Origin: Candidatus Buchananbacteria bacterium
Lineage (GTDB): Bacteria > Patescibacteriota > Patescibacteriia > 2-01-FULL-39-33
Assembly: GCA_903888345.1 (NCBI GenBank)
Contig: CAISTG010000061.1
Coordinates: 18,512 to 82,511 of the forward strand
Reading direction: 5' to 3'
Length of the DNA: 64,000 bases
Under the pieces are notes generated by a model. The model ran no database searches and was not told the origin of the DNA. It worked only from the letters and a program-made list of their open reading frames with translations. The position numbers were made by a program, and so were the translations under genes. This document shows, in pieces, positions 19,529-28,925 of the stretch; within the stretch, counting starts at the first letter, position 1; the number at the start of each line of letters is the position of its first letter.

Positions 19529-20191
19529 ATGTTCAATAAAATATTACACAAACTTTTTGGCGTTCGCCTAATTAGCAGTCAGTGCGGCGAAGATTTGATT
19601 ATCGAATCAATGTTGCCCGCTAAAAAAGATGGTTTTTTTGTCGATGTCGGGGCTAATCATCCGATTAAGTATAGCAATACTTTTTTATTTTATTGTAAGG
19701 GCTGGCGTGGCCTTAATATCGAGCCGGATCCATCGCGATTGCCTTGGTTCAAGTTATTTCGTCATCGTGACATTAATTTAAATATTGGAGTGGGATTGGA
19801 ATCGGGCGAACTGATTTTTAATGTCTTTAATGAAAATACCTTAAGTACTTTCGATGAAGCATCGGCCAAGGAATTTGAAAAAATCGGCCATAAGATCAAT
19901 AAAAAAATAGTTGTTCCGATACGACCGTTAAAGACCATACTCGAACAGTATGCCGCCAATCAAGAAATTGATTTATTATCGATTGATACCGAAGGTTTTG
20001 ATTTGCTGGTCTTAAAAAGTAACGACTGGGATAAATTTAGACCGACTTTTGTAATTTTAGAAACTCTAGAATACCGGGCCGGCGACACAGGGAAAAAGCT
20101 CAATGATATTTTTGATCCCTATATGGCGGAAATCGGTTATGGCAAGGTCGCTGACACCCATATCAATACTATTTATAAAAAATTAACTTAA
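19529..20191 (+). CDS. FkbM-family methyltransferase
   Basis: 'FFVDVGANHPIKYSNT...GLNIEPDP...LSIDTEGFDLLVL' is paralogous to the N-domain of the 14518 gene. Confidence 0.7.
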   Translation: MFNKILHKLFGVRLISSQCGEDLIIESMLPAKKDGFFVDVGANHPIKYSNTFLFYCKGWRGLNIEPDPSRLPWFKLFRHRDINLNIGVGLESGELIFNVFNENTLSTFDEASAKEFEKIGHKINKKIVVPIRPLKTILEQYAANQEIDLLSIDTEGFDLLVLKSNDWDKFRPTFVILETLEYRAGDTGKKLNDIFDPYMAEIGYGKVADTHINTIYKKLT

Positions 20192-20201
20192 GAATATTTT
20201 T

Positions 20202-22112
20202 ATGGCCGCTTACACCCTAATCTTTTTTTATGGCTGGGCTATGTTGTTGTCTTTCATTGGTTTCGGTTGGCTCGTAACGACCTTACTGCTTAACCATAAA
20301 TCTTTTGCCATTGGTACCCAAGCAGTATTTGGCGTGATTGTATTTTTGTTGGTTGGTGGCTACTTAGATTTCTTCAAAGTTGTTTCGCCCACGTCACTCT
20401 TAAGTGTCATTGGGGTTGGCCTGTTGATTTTTATTTATGCGTTGAGTCAGAATTACCGGGTGACAATTGATTGGTTTAATGCTGCTTGGCGGGTAATTAA
20501 AAGTAACAAACAGTGGGCCCTGGTTCTGGGGCTAGTATTATTGCTGATTATTTTTAGGTATGCTTTAGCGGTGGCTTTTTTCCCGTTTCATACTTCCGAC
20601 GATTATCAGGGTTATTTAGTGTTTCCTGAAAAAATGATTCAAACTGGGCAACTCGGTAATGATCCCTTTAGTGAGCGACGCATTGTTTCATCTTTGGGCG
20701 GCAGTTATTTGTTGAGCGCGGCAGTTTTGGCGGTTGGTTCCCTGAAGAATTTGCATTTGATTGATCACGGTTTAGGTGTGGTGATGTTATTATTAGTATT
20801 AATCGAATTGCTCACTCAACTGAAATTAAGAAAATGGTATGCGCTACTGGTTGTTTTACTGGTGGTTTTAATTCCGAGTCCATCGGGGAATGTTACTAGC
20901 TTTTTTTTGGCGGCCGCTATATTTTTAGCTCTCTTTCGTTTGGTATACTTTAAAGAAAAAATCTCTGATTGGCGATTACTGAGTGTTGTCGGGTTTCTAA
21001 CATTGGGCCTGGTGATTCTAAAAACAAATCTAGTTATCCCGGCCCTGGCTTTGTATGGCTGTTTTTTTATTTTTTGCTTTTATCTGCGATCGTGGAAAAT
21101 CTGGCTGCCTCAGGGATTAATTATTTTCGCGTTAGCAATAATTGCTTTGGCGCCATGGCTATTATCAATGCTGGCTTCATCTGGCACTTTGTTTTATCCG
21201 TTTTTGGGGCCGGGGTTTTATGGTACGCGCTATGGAAATTTTGCTGGTCATTTTATGTTGTTTAATATTTTCAGTCTATTTAGATTGATTACGGAGTTTA
21301 TTAGTAGTATTAATTTGTTTATACCACTATTTATCTTATTGATATTGATTTTTAGACGACCTGCAAAAAATAAATTTATTTTAGGATCGATCGCCTTAAG
21401 TTGTCTGTTGGGTATAGTGGCTGTTATTTATGGCGTTGGCGGTTACAGTTTATATTATTATACTTTTCCTTTTGTTTTGCCGACTGTAATTTTTCTGTTG
21501 ACAATTGAACTGGCTGATTCGGGGTCAACGGAAAATCCAACTGCCGACTCCAGTGTCTACCCTCTGCTACTGGCGGTCTTGATGGTGGGGTTATTTATAC
21601 AAAAAGATTTGGGCTTGATGACGGATATCAAAGCTAGCCTAAGCTTCGATCAAGGAATTAAGGTCGGCTTAATAAACACCGAGTTAGTGACCTTGGAAGA
21701 ACGGCAACAATTTATTAATTTACAAAATTCGATTCCAGCACAAGCGACTTTGTTGGCGCGGCTCGATAAGAATTTTGTTTTTGATTTCAGGCGCAACAAT
21801 GTCTTTATTATTGATTTGCCGGGTGGATCGAGTCTGCCGCCCGGGTTACCCTTTCGTCAAGGAGGCGAACGGTTGGCCGATTATTTGTTGTCAGTCGGAA
21901 TTCAATATGTCGCCTACTCCTATGGCAATGAAGCAAATTTTTCTAAACAAGGAAATAGTGGTATGTTAAGAGCACATGTTAATCCCTGGCTAAAGGCCGA
22001 AACTGAGCACAGTTTCGATTTTCAGGATAGCCTAATGGAGTTAGCAAAAAGCCGCAAAATTATTTATGATGACGGTAAAAATTTTGTGTTGGATTTATCA
22101 CTCAAACAATAA
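20202..22112 (+). CDS. Polytopic membrane protein (636 aa), candidate glycan polymerase/GT-C
   Basis: About 14 predicted TM helices followed by a roughly 190-aa soluble C-terminal domain. First extracytoplasmic loop 'SDDYQGYLVFPEKMIQTGQLGNDPF'. Confidence 0.35.
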   Translation: MAAYTLIFFYGWAMLLSFIGFGWLVTTLLLNHKSFAIGTQAVFGVIVFLLVGGYLDFFKVVSPTSLLSVIGVGLLIFIYALSQNYRVTIDWFNAAWRVIKSNKQWALVLGLVLLLIIFRYALAVAFFPFHTSDDYQGYLVFPEKMIQTGQLGNDPFSERRIVSSLGGSYLLSAAVLAVGSLKNLHLIDHGLGVVMLLLVLIELLTQLKLRKWYALLVVLLVVLIPSPSGNVTSFFLAAAIFLALFRLVYFKEKISDWRLLSVVGFLTLGLVILKTNLVIPALALYGCFFIFCFYLRSWKIWLPQGLIIFALAIIALAPWLLSMLASSGTLFYPFLGPGFYGTRYGNFAGHFMLFNIFSLFRLITEFISSINLFIPLFILLILIFRRPAKNKFILGSIALSCLLGIVAVIYGVGGYSLYYYTFPFVLPTVIFLLTIELADSGSTENPTADSSVYPLLLAVLMVGLFIQKDLGLMTDIKASLSFDQGIKVGLINTELVTLEERQQFINLQNSIPAQATLLARLDKNFVFDFRRNNVFIIDLPGGSSLPPGLPFRQGGERLADYLLSVGIQYVAYSYGNEANFSKQGNSGMLRAHVNPWLKAETEHSFDFQDSLMELAKSRKIIYDDGKNFVLDLSLKQ

Positions 22113-22114
22113 AT

Positions 22115-23002
22115 TTGAAAATTTTTATGTTAGAAATAGTTCATAATTGCCGCGTCTGTAATTCGACTAATTTGGTCTTGGTAAAAAAATCAAATCTTGA
22201 TTCGGTTTTGGACAGTAATCACTTTGCCATCACCGATAGTCATTATGGCCAAACCTTAGACCTATACGCCTGTGAGGAATGTGGTTTGATACAATCAAGG
22301 CGACTCGAGGATGTTAATAGTTTTTATGAAGGCCTCCAAGATAAGGAGTATGAAAATACCCGGGCTGAACGAGCGCGACAAGCACGTCAGATTGTCATGG
22401 GTTTAACTAAGCTGATGCCAACTGGTAGATTATTTGATGTCGGCGCCGGCAGCGGTATTTTGGTTGAACAAGCGTTAGAATTAGGCTATACTGCCAGTGG
22501 ACTCGAGCCGTCAACTTGGTTGCAAGAACAGGCTCAGCAACGCGGTTTACCGGTTTTGGCGGGAGTATTGCCGGATGAACGGGTGGGTGATAACTTTGAT
22601 CTGGTAACTTTAGTTGATGTTATCGAACATGTTGATGATCCATTTGGATTGCTGCTCGACATTAAAGCAATCCTCAGACCTAACGGTTTATTGTTGCTAA
22701 CCACACCTGATGTCGATTCGTTATTGGCGCGCTGCTTGGGTTGGCGCTGGTGGCACTTCCGGGTAGCGCATATCAGTTACTTTAATTTAAAAACAATTAG
22801 GCGCCTGTTAGAGAGGGCGGGTTTTCAGATAATTAGCGTCAAGCGTCCCGGTTGGTATTTTACCTTGGATTATCTTTGGTTGCGGCTCAATCAGTATCTG
22901 CCAAAAAAATTGCGTTTGCCAGCCCCAGCATTTTTTAGTAAATTAACGATCCCACTTAATCTCTTCGATTCCTACGAATTAATTTGTAAAGTAATAAAAT
23001 AA
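22115..23002 (+). CDS. Class I SAM-dependent methyltransferase with N-terminal Zn-ribbon (NDP-sugar C-methyltransferase-like)
   Basis: N-terminal 'CRVCNS...CEECG' ribbon and SAM motif I 'DVGAGSGILVEQA'. Confidence 0.6.
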   Translation: MKIFMLEIVHNCRVCNSTNLVLVKKSNLDSVLDSNHFAITDSHYGQTLDLYACEECGLIQSRRLEDVNSFYEGLQDKEYENTRAERARQARQIVMGLTKLMPTGRLFDVGAGSGILVEQALELGYTASGLEPSTWLQEQAQQRGLPVLAGVLPDERVGDNFDLVTLVDVIEHVDDPFGLLLDIKAILRPNGLLLLTTPDVDSLLARCLGWRWWHFRVAHISYFNLKTIRRLLERAGFQIISVKRPGWYFTLDYLWLRLNQYLPKKLRLPAPAFFSKLTIPLNLFDSYELICKVIK

Positions 23003-23006
23003 ACTT

Positions 23007-23936
23007 ATGAGTTTGATAAAGTATATTAAAATTGCTCGACCGAATCACTGGTTTAAAAATATTTTCATTATTCCGGGAACGATTTTTGCGTTGTTAATTT
23101 TTCCTAACTATTCTTGGCTGGTAGTTGGTAAATTTATCGTTGGTTTTTTTAGTGTTTGTCTGGTGGCTTCGGCCAATTATGTTATTAACGAATGGCTCGA
23201 TGCAGATTTTGATCGCCATCATCCACTTAAGAAAGATCGCCCCTCGGTGACTGGAGGAATTGAGGCAAAATATGTCTATTTAGAATACCTCATATTGATA
23301 ATCCTGGGTCTGAGTTTAGCGGCTTTGGTTTCGATTTATTTTTTATTGACTGCTGTCTTGCTTCTAGTAATGGGCGTCATTTATAATGTTAAGCCGTTGC
23401 GCACGAAAGATAAGTTGTATGTCGATGTTTTATCGGAATCAATTAATAATCCGATTCGCTTTGCTTTGGGCTGGTTTATTGTAACTAGCTCGTTGTTGTT
23501 ACCATCTAGTCTGCTAATAGCTTATTGGATGGCCGGTGCCTTTTTGATGGCGGTTAAACGTTATGCGGAATATCGCTTCATTAATAATAAGGAGATTGCC
23601 GGATTGTATCGACGATCTTTTCGCTTCTACAATGAGAATAATCTGTTAGTTTCTATTCTGTTTTATGCCATGAGCTTTGCCTTTTTCTTTGGGGTATTTA
23701 TGGTCAAATATCGGATTGAATTGTTGCTGACCTTGCCTTTATTTTCTATTTTATTTTGCTGGTATTTGCACTTAGGCATGAAGGCGGATTCACCGGCGCA
23801 ACGCCCCGAAGGTCTATATAAAGAACGGGCGTTTTCACTCTATTTCATCTTGGTGATTCTGGTTGTGGTGGCTTTATTGTTTTTTCACTTTCCCTTTCTC
23901 GCTTATTTTTTGAATAAAAGTTTTTTATTGAAATAA
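23007..23936 (+). CDS. UbiA-family prenyl-phosphate transferase (decaprenyl-phosphate phosphoribosyltransferase-like)
   Basis: Nine TM helices. 'NEWLDADFDRHHPLKKDRPSVTG' resembles the DPPR-synthase (Rv3806c-type) Asp-rich motif. Confidence 0.6.
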   Translation: MSLIKYIKIARPNHWFKNIFIIPGTIFALLIFPNYSWLVVGKFIVGFFSVCLVASANYVINEWLDADFDRHHPLKKDRPSVTGGIEAKYVYLEYLILIILGLSLAALVSIYFLLTAVLLLVMGVIYNVKPLRTKDKLYVDVLSESINNPIRFALGWFIVTSSLLLPSSLLIAYWMAGAFLMAVKRYAEYRFINNKEIAGLYRRSFRFYNENNLLVSILFYAMSFAFFFGVFMVKYRIELLLTLPLFSILFCWYLHLGMKADSPAQRPEGLYKERAFSLYFILVILVVVALLFFHFPFLAYFLNKSFLLK

Positions 23937-23937
23937 A

Positions 23938-24573
23938 ATGGTTAATTTATCAAAATTACTGCAATTAAATTGGCAACAGTATCAGGTGATTATTTTTGAC
24001 GTTGATGGCACCCTGTATGATTTATCGAAAATGCATCGTTTGATGCGCCGAGAATTTCTACGTTATTATGTTCGGCGACCTTGGCGTTGTTATGAACTGG
24101 TGGTGATTTATTACTTTCGCATAAATCGTGAACGTTTGGCTCGCGAAGGCGCCAGGGAAATTGCTCATAAGCAGTACGCTATCGTCGCTAAGAAATTTGG
24201 TCTGAGTGTCGAGCAAGTAAAAAAGATTATCGAATATTGGATGGAGATTCGACCCTTAGAGTATTTGGCGGACTGCGCTTATCCCGAGGTTAAGGCGCTA
24301 ATTGAAAATATTTTTCAAACCGAAACGCGCATTGTTTATTATTCAGATTATTATCCGCTTAATAAGATTTCGCGGCTCGGGTTACCCTATCATTATTGGT
24401 TTGATAGTAGCGCCGCCACCATTGATGCCTTGAAGCCGGCTGCTGGTGGCCTAGAATATATTATGAAAACGTTAGCAGTGACCGCGAGCGATTGTCTCCT
24501 GATTGGTGATCGTTATGATAAGGAGGGTTTGGCGGCGCAAAAAGTTGGTATGGATTATTTAATATTGGATTAG
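23938..24573 (+). CDS. HAD-superfamily hydrolase (phosphatase)
   Basis: 'VIIFDVDGTLYD' HAD motif I and a C-terminal 'GDRYDKEG' motif. Confidence 0.65.
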   Translation: MVNLSKLLQLNWQQYQVIIFDVDGTLYDLSKMHRLMRREFLRYYVRRPWRCYELVVIYYFRINRERLAREGAREIAHKQYAIVAKKFGLSVEQVKKIIEYWMEIRPLEYLADCAYPEVKALIENIFQTETRIVYYSDYYPLNKISRLGLPYHYWFDSSAATIDALKPAAGGLEYIMKTLAVTASDCLLIGDRYDKEGLAAQKVGMDYLILD

Positions 24574-24577
24574 TAAT

Positions 24578-25312
24578 ATGTCATCATTTAAACAAGTAAT
24601 TAAAAAAGCTATTCGCTATTTCTGGAGTCCACTGATTCTAGGGGATTATTTTAAATTCAAAAAATCCTTAAAATCCGATCACCGCTTTAGGTTGCACTAT
24701 CGAGATGTTTACCCGTGTTTTAAAGATAAAACTATTAAAACTGGTTTTGATCGCCATTATGTTTATCACACCTCCTGGGCGGCTAGAAAGTTGGCAGAAA
24801 CTAAACCGGAATTACATCTTGATATTTCTTCCAGTTTATATTTTTCTGGGATTGTGTCCGCCTTTGTACCGATTAAATTTTATGATTATCGGCCGGCCGA
24901 TATTCAATTAGATGGGTTAGAGAGCTTGGGGAGTGATTTATTATCCCTGCCTTTTGCTGATAATAGCGTATCTAGTTTGTCTTGTATGCATGTGATTGAG
25001 CATATCGGTTTGGGCCGTTATGGTGATCCGATTGATCCACAGGCTGATGCAAAAGCGATTGTCGAACTAAAACGGGTTTTGGCTGTCGGCGGAAATTTAT
25101 TATTTGTAGTGCCAATTGGTCGGGAGGCGGTCATTCAGTATAACGCGCATCGCATTTACACTTATCAATTGGTTTTGGAATTATTTGCTGGTTTAAAGTT
25201 AAAAGAATTTTCTTTGATACCTGAAGTTTCGGGAGCGCTGATTAAAAATGCTACGGCCTCAGACGTTGCTCGAGAAAATTACGCCTGTGGGTGTTTTTGG
25301 TTTACTAAATAA
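24578..25312 (+). CDS. SAM-dependent methyltransferase (DUF268-like)
   Basis: 'SLPFADNSVSSLSCMHVIEHIGLGRYGDPID...GGNLLFVVPIG' resembles the DUF268 / Methyltransf_11 core. Confidence 0.5.
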   Translation: MSSFKQVIKKAIRYFWSPLILGDYFKFKKSLKSDHRFRLHYRDVYPCFKDKTIKTGFDRHYVYHTSWAARKLAETKPELHLDISSSLYFSGIVSAFVPIKFYDYRPADIQLDGLESLGSDLLSLPFADNSVSSLSCMHVIEHIGLGRYGDPIDPQADAKAIVELKRVLAVGGNLLFVVPIGREAVIQYNAHRIYTYQLVLELFAGLKLKEFSLIPEVSGALIKNATASDVARENYACGCFWFTK

Positions 25313-25322
25313 ATATATTATT

Positions 25323-26222
25323 ATGATCACTGTTAAACTTCAGGGAGGGATTGGTAATCAAATGTTTCAATATGCGGCGGCTAAAAGTTTGGCCGAAAAA
25401 AATAAGACCGCTGTCGCGTTGGATTTAACTACTTTAAACCATCGTTTGCCGGGCCGCAACTATGTCTTTCGGTCTTTTGATCTAGATTTATTAAAGGTTG
25501 AGGCTCAGCTGACCACGCTGTCAAAATTATCTCTCAAACTACCAAACTTTAGTTTTTTGTTGGCCCGGGCCGCTAATCTGGTAGCGAAAAAGTTACGTCC
25601 GGCGCATTATTTAGTAGAAAAAGAAAATTATTTTTTTGATGAAAAAATTATGCTGGCAACAGCCGGGACCTATTTAGATGGTTTCTGGCAGAGCTTTCGC
25701 TACTTTGAAGGAATTGAAGAATTGCTTAGGAGAGAATTTGCCTTTAAAAATAAATTGAGTGGTCCGGCTTTAGCGATGGCTAAGGAGATCGCTAACACTA
25801 ATTCCGTTTGTGTTAATGTTCGTCGCGATGACTATGTTAGCAATGCCACCAATTTACAATTTTTTGGCGCCATGGACGAAGCATATTTTATGGGCGGAGT
25901 CGAAGTGATAGGAAAAAAGGTTGACGCCGCACATTATTTTATTTTTTCCGATGATCTTGAATGGGCGCGGAAAAATTTCAATTTTTTAGAAAACAAAACG
26001 ATCGTCGGTATTGATTGTAATGGTGAGCGTTATGGTGATAAATTTCATCTGATGACCTTATGCAAGCATTTTATTATTCCCAACAGTACTTTTGCTTGGT
26101 GGGGTGCTTGGTTAGGTAATCATCCCGATAAGGTGGTGGTGGCCCCAAAGTATTGGGTTAGAGATGAAAAACTAAACGCCAATACCAAGGATTTAATTCC
26201 TGAAGATTGGATTAGAATTTAA
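25323..26222 (+). CDS. GT11-family glycosyltransferase (alpha-1,2-fucosyltransferase-like)
   Basis: 'MITVKLQGGIGNQMFQYAAAKSLA' is the hallmark GT11 N-terminal motif. Start placed at the ATG at 25323. Confidence 0.75.
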   Translation: MITVKLQGGIGNQMFQYAAAKSLAEKNKTAVALDLTTLNHRLPGRNYVFRSFDLDLLKVEAQLTTLSKLSLKLPNFSFLLARAANLVAKKLRPAHYLVEKENYFFDEKIMLATAGTYLDGFWQSFRYFEGIEELLRREFAFKNKLSGPALAMAKEIANTNSVCVNVRRDDYVSNATNLQFFGAMDEAYFMGGVEVIGKKVDAAHYFIFSDDLEWARKNFNFLENKTIVGIDCNGERYGDKFHLMTLCKHFIIPNSTFAWWGAWLGNHPDKVVVAPKYWVRDEKLNANTKDLIPEDWIRI

Positions 26223-26226
26223 GTTT

Positions 26227-27003
26227 ATGCCAACAGTCAGTATAAATATCATTACTTATAATCGCGCTAATTATTTAAAAGAGGCGATTGAAAGTATTTT
26301 GCGTCAATCATTTACTGATTGGGAATTATTGATTTTGGACGGGGCATCGACGGATAATACTAGTGAGGTGGTGGCGGAGTTTTTGTCTGATCAACGGATT
26401 AAATATATTCGGTTGACCGAACGTACCCCCAATATTCCCGTTGCGAGAAATATTATATTGCAGCAATCACAGGGCGAATACGTGGCCGTTTTAGATAGTG
26501 ATGATGTCTGGTGTGATGACCGGAAATTAGCAAAGCAAATTAAATTTTTAAATGAACATCAGGATTATGTGCTGGCTGGTGGCGGTGTGATCTTGATTAA
26601 TAGTGACAGTCAGGAGACTGGCCGTTATTTAAATCTTGGAACGGATAAACAGATTAGAGGTTCAATACTCAGTAAAAATCAATTTGCTCATTCTAGTGTT
26701 GTCTATCGTCGTGCCGTCGCTCTAGAGGTGGGCCGATATAATGAAGCCTTAAGCATCGGGGAGGATTATGATTTGTTTTTGCGACTTGGTCGTCAGGGTA
26801 AGGTCATGAATTTTCCGGAGTACTTCCTTAGTTATCGCGTTCATAGCGGCAGCATTTGCGTTGCTGATTGGCTAACTGGATTAAGTAACAATCTTTTGAT
26901 CATTAAAAAATATCGAAATGATTACCCTTATTATGTTTTTGCTTATCTCCGCCGACTGGTGCGAATAATCGGTGGTCAGCTATTGTCATTAGTAAAAAAG
27001 TAG
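26227..27003 (+). CDS. GT2 glycosyltransferase
   Basis: 'VSINIITYNRANYLKEAIESIL' and 'LDGASTDNT...VLDSDD'. Confidence 0.75.
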   Translation: MPTVSINIITYNRANYLKEAIESILRQSFTDWELLILDGASTDNTSEVVAEFLSDQRIKYIRLTERTPNIPVARNIILQQSQGEYVAVLDSDDVWCDDRKLAKQIKFLNEHQDYVLAGGGVILINSDSQETGRYLNLGTDKQIRGSILSKNQFAHSSVVYRRAVALEVGRYNEALSIGEDYDLFLRLGRQGKVMNFPEYFLSYRVHSGSICVADWLTGLSNNLLIIKKYRNDYPYYVFAYLRRLVRIIGGQLLSLVKK

Positions 27004-27009
27004 CAACTT

Positions 27010-27038
27010 AAAAAAACTCGGCCAGTGGCCGAGTTTTT
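27010..27038. terminator. Bidirectional intrinsic terminator
   Basis: A7-CTCGGCC-AGT-GGCCGAG-T5 between the convergent GT2 gene (+) and the WbaP-like gene (-). Confidence 0.7.
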
Positions 27039-27051
27039 AATTGATGCAATT

Positions 27052-28419
27052 TTATTGACCACGTCCACCAAGAATAACTCTTAATGTTTTGAGGATAATA
27101 CTTAAATCTAATAATAGTGAACGATTCTTAATGTAATATAAATCGTATTTCAGTTTCTCTAAGCTCTCGATTTCCGAACCACCATAGGCTGGACCTAGTA
27201 ATTGGGCCCAGCCGGTCAAGCCCGGCATAATTAATAAACGCTCTTGGTAAAAAGGAATTTCTTTGGCTAGGAGTTGAATGAATTCTGGTCGCTCCGGTCT
27301 CGGACCAATCAAACTCATCTCGCCCCGCAAAATATTAATGAATTGTGGAATTTCGTCGAGTCGTGTTTTACGCATAATATTGCCGAACCGAGTGATACGC
27401 GGGTCGTTTTTAATGGCCCATTGCGCGCCGTTTTTTTCGGCATCGGTCGTCATGGAACGTAATTTCATCGCTAAAAATTCCTTGCCATTTTTGCCGACCC
27501 GAATTTGTTTGAAGATGATTGGTCCGGGGCTATCTAATTTGATGATCAAGGCAATCAATGGTAAGAAGGGCAGTGTCAATACTAGTCCGATGCTAGCCAG
27601 TAGGATGTCCGTCAAACGTTTCATTGTCTCGTACATTTTTTTGGAATTTTCCGAGAGGTTTTCTAAGAACCAAATCATTTCGATGTGTTCAACGGGGATT
27701 TTTTGGGCAATTTGTTCGTAAAAGGCATTAATATGATGAACGTCAATCCCTAGTGAGAGGCAAGCAAAGATTTTTTGTGCCGTTTCGGTATCACCATGGA
27801 GATTATTAGAGCTAATTAGGGTATCAATGTGATGTTCCAGACAATACTGTTTTAAGTCGAGCGGCATGGTTTCAATTAATTGCGCTTGATAGCCTAGTTG
27901 CGGTCGATTTTTTATTTCTTGAGCCAAGTCTTGCGCCAGTGGGCTCTTGCCAATTATTAATACCTGGTTTGCCATTTGGGGCGACTTTATTAGGTTATAA
28001 AAAATCTTACGCCAGACAAAGATTATAAAAAGGGTCCAGATTAGGTCAATAATTAATACCTTTTGTGGTTTGAGGCCAGGAAAAAATGGTGCCAAAAAGT
28101 AAAACATTAAAACAGCGATAATTCCATTGATGATAGTCGCCTTAATTAGGATAGAGATTAGGCTGAGGTTATTGTAGCTATTTTTTAGTTCATAAAAGTC
28201 GCTAATATAGAAGACAAGTAGCCAAGCCAGAAAAATAAACAAAAAGGCTTGAGCATGGACTAGCCAGGTTGTTTGATCAGGGTAGGTTAAGTTTCTGGTC
28301 GCTAAGGCTAGGTATAATGCGAAATAAAAGAAAAGGAGGTCGCCCGCCACCAACGATAAACGCTTAATTTTGATAATTAGTCTATTCATATTGCTTAATT
28401 TATAACATAAATCTGCCAA
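27052..28419 (-). CDS. Polyprenyl-phosphate hexose-1-phosphate transferase (WbaP/PglB-type initiating sugar transferase)
   Basis: C-terminal 'KLDSPGPIIFKQIRVGKNGKEFLAMKLRSM...RLDEIPQFINILRGEMSLIGPRPERPEF' is the Bac_transf domain. N-terminal TM region and a CoA-binding-like middle domain. Confidence 0.85.
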   Translation of the reverse strand: MADLCYKLSNMNRLIIKIKRLSLVAGDLLFFYFALYLALATRNLTYPDQTTWLVHAQAFLFIFLAWLLVFYISDFYELKNSYNNLSLISILIKATIINGIIAVLMFYFLAPFFPGLKPQKVLIIDLIWTLFIIFVWRKIFYNLIKSPQMANQVLIIGKSPLAQDLAQEIKNRPQLGYQAQLIETMPLDLKQYCLEHHIDTLISSNNLHGDTETAQKIFACLSLGIDVHHINAFYEQIAQKIPVEHIEMIWFLENLSENSKKMYETMKRLTDILLASIGLVLTLPFLPLIALIIKLDSPGPIIFKQIRVGKNGKEFLAMKLRSMTTDAEKNGAQWAIKNDPRITRFGNIMRKTRLDEIPQFINILRGEMSLIGPRPERPEFIQLLAKEIPFYQERLLIMPGLTGWAQLLGPAYGGSEIESLEKLKYDLYYIKNRSLLLDLSIILKTLRVILGGRGQ

Positions 28420-28490
28420 TAAATCAATTTTGGTAGGTTGACTATTTGTGCTATACTGTAAGTAGAGATTTGACCCAATAACGTGCTATT

Positions 28491-28880
28491 ATGGTTAATT
28501 TAACGAAACAATTCATTAAATTTTGTCTGGTGGGCTTGACTAATTTGGCGGTCCAGTTGTTTTTTTATTACTTATTGACCAGATATTTACACCTTTATTA
28601 TCTGTTGGCTGCCGTTCTGTCTTTTATGGTGGCCGTGACTTGGAGTTTTTATATCAATAAAAAGTGGACTTTTAAGCTCAATGATGGCGATCATCGAGAG
28701 CAGTATCTAAAATTTTTTCTCGCCAATTCCTTGATTGCAATTATTAGTATTGGTCTATTATCGCTCTTCGTGGAACGCTTTGGTATCCACGACATGGTAG
28801 CCCAATTGATTGCGGCCGTTATCTGTGCCGTGATAAATTTCGCCCTTAACCGCTTCTGGACATTTAAGGCTCAAAGTTGA
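28491..28880 (+). CDS. GtrA-family membrane protein (polyprenol-linked sugar translocation)
   Basis: 129 aa with 4 TM helices. 'FIKFCLVGLTNLAVQLFFYYLL' and 'KKWTFK' match the GtrA pattern. Confidence 0.75.
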   Translation: MVNLTKQFIKFCLVGLTNLAVQLFFYYLLTRYLHLYYLLAAVLSFMVAVTWSFYINKKWTFKLNDGDHREQYLKFFLANSLIAIISIGLLSLFVERFGIHDMVAQLIAAVICAVINFALNRFWTFKAQS

Positions 28881-28925
28881 TAAATAACCCTAAATTTGTT
28901 ATAATATAAGCAGTATTAATACTTA

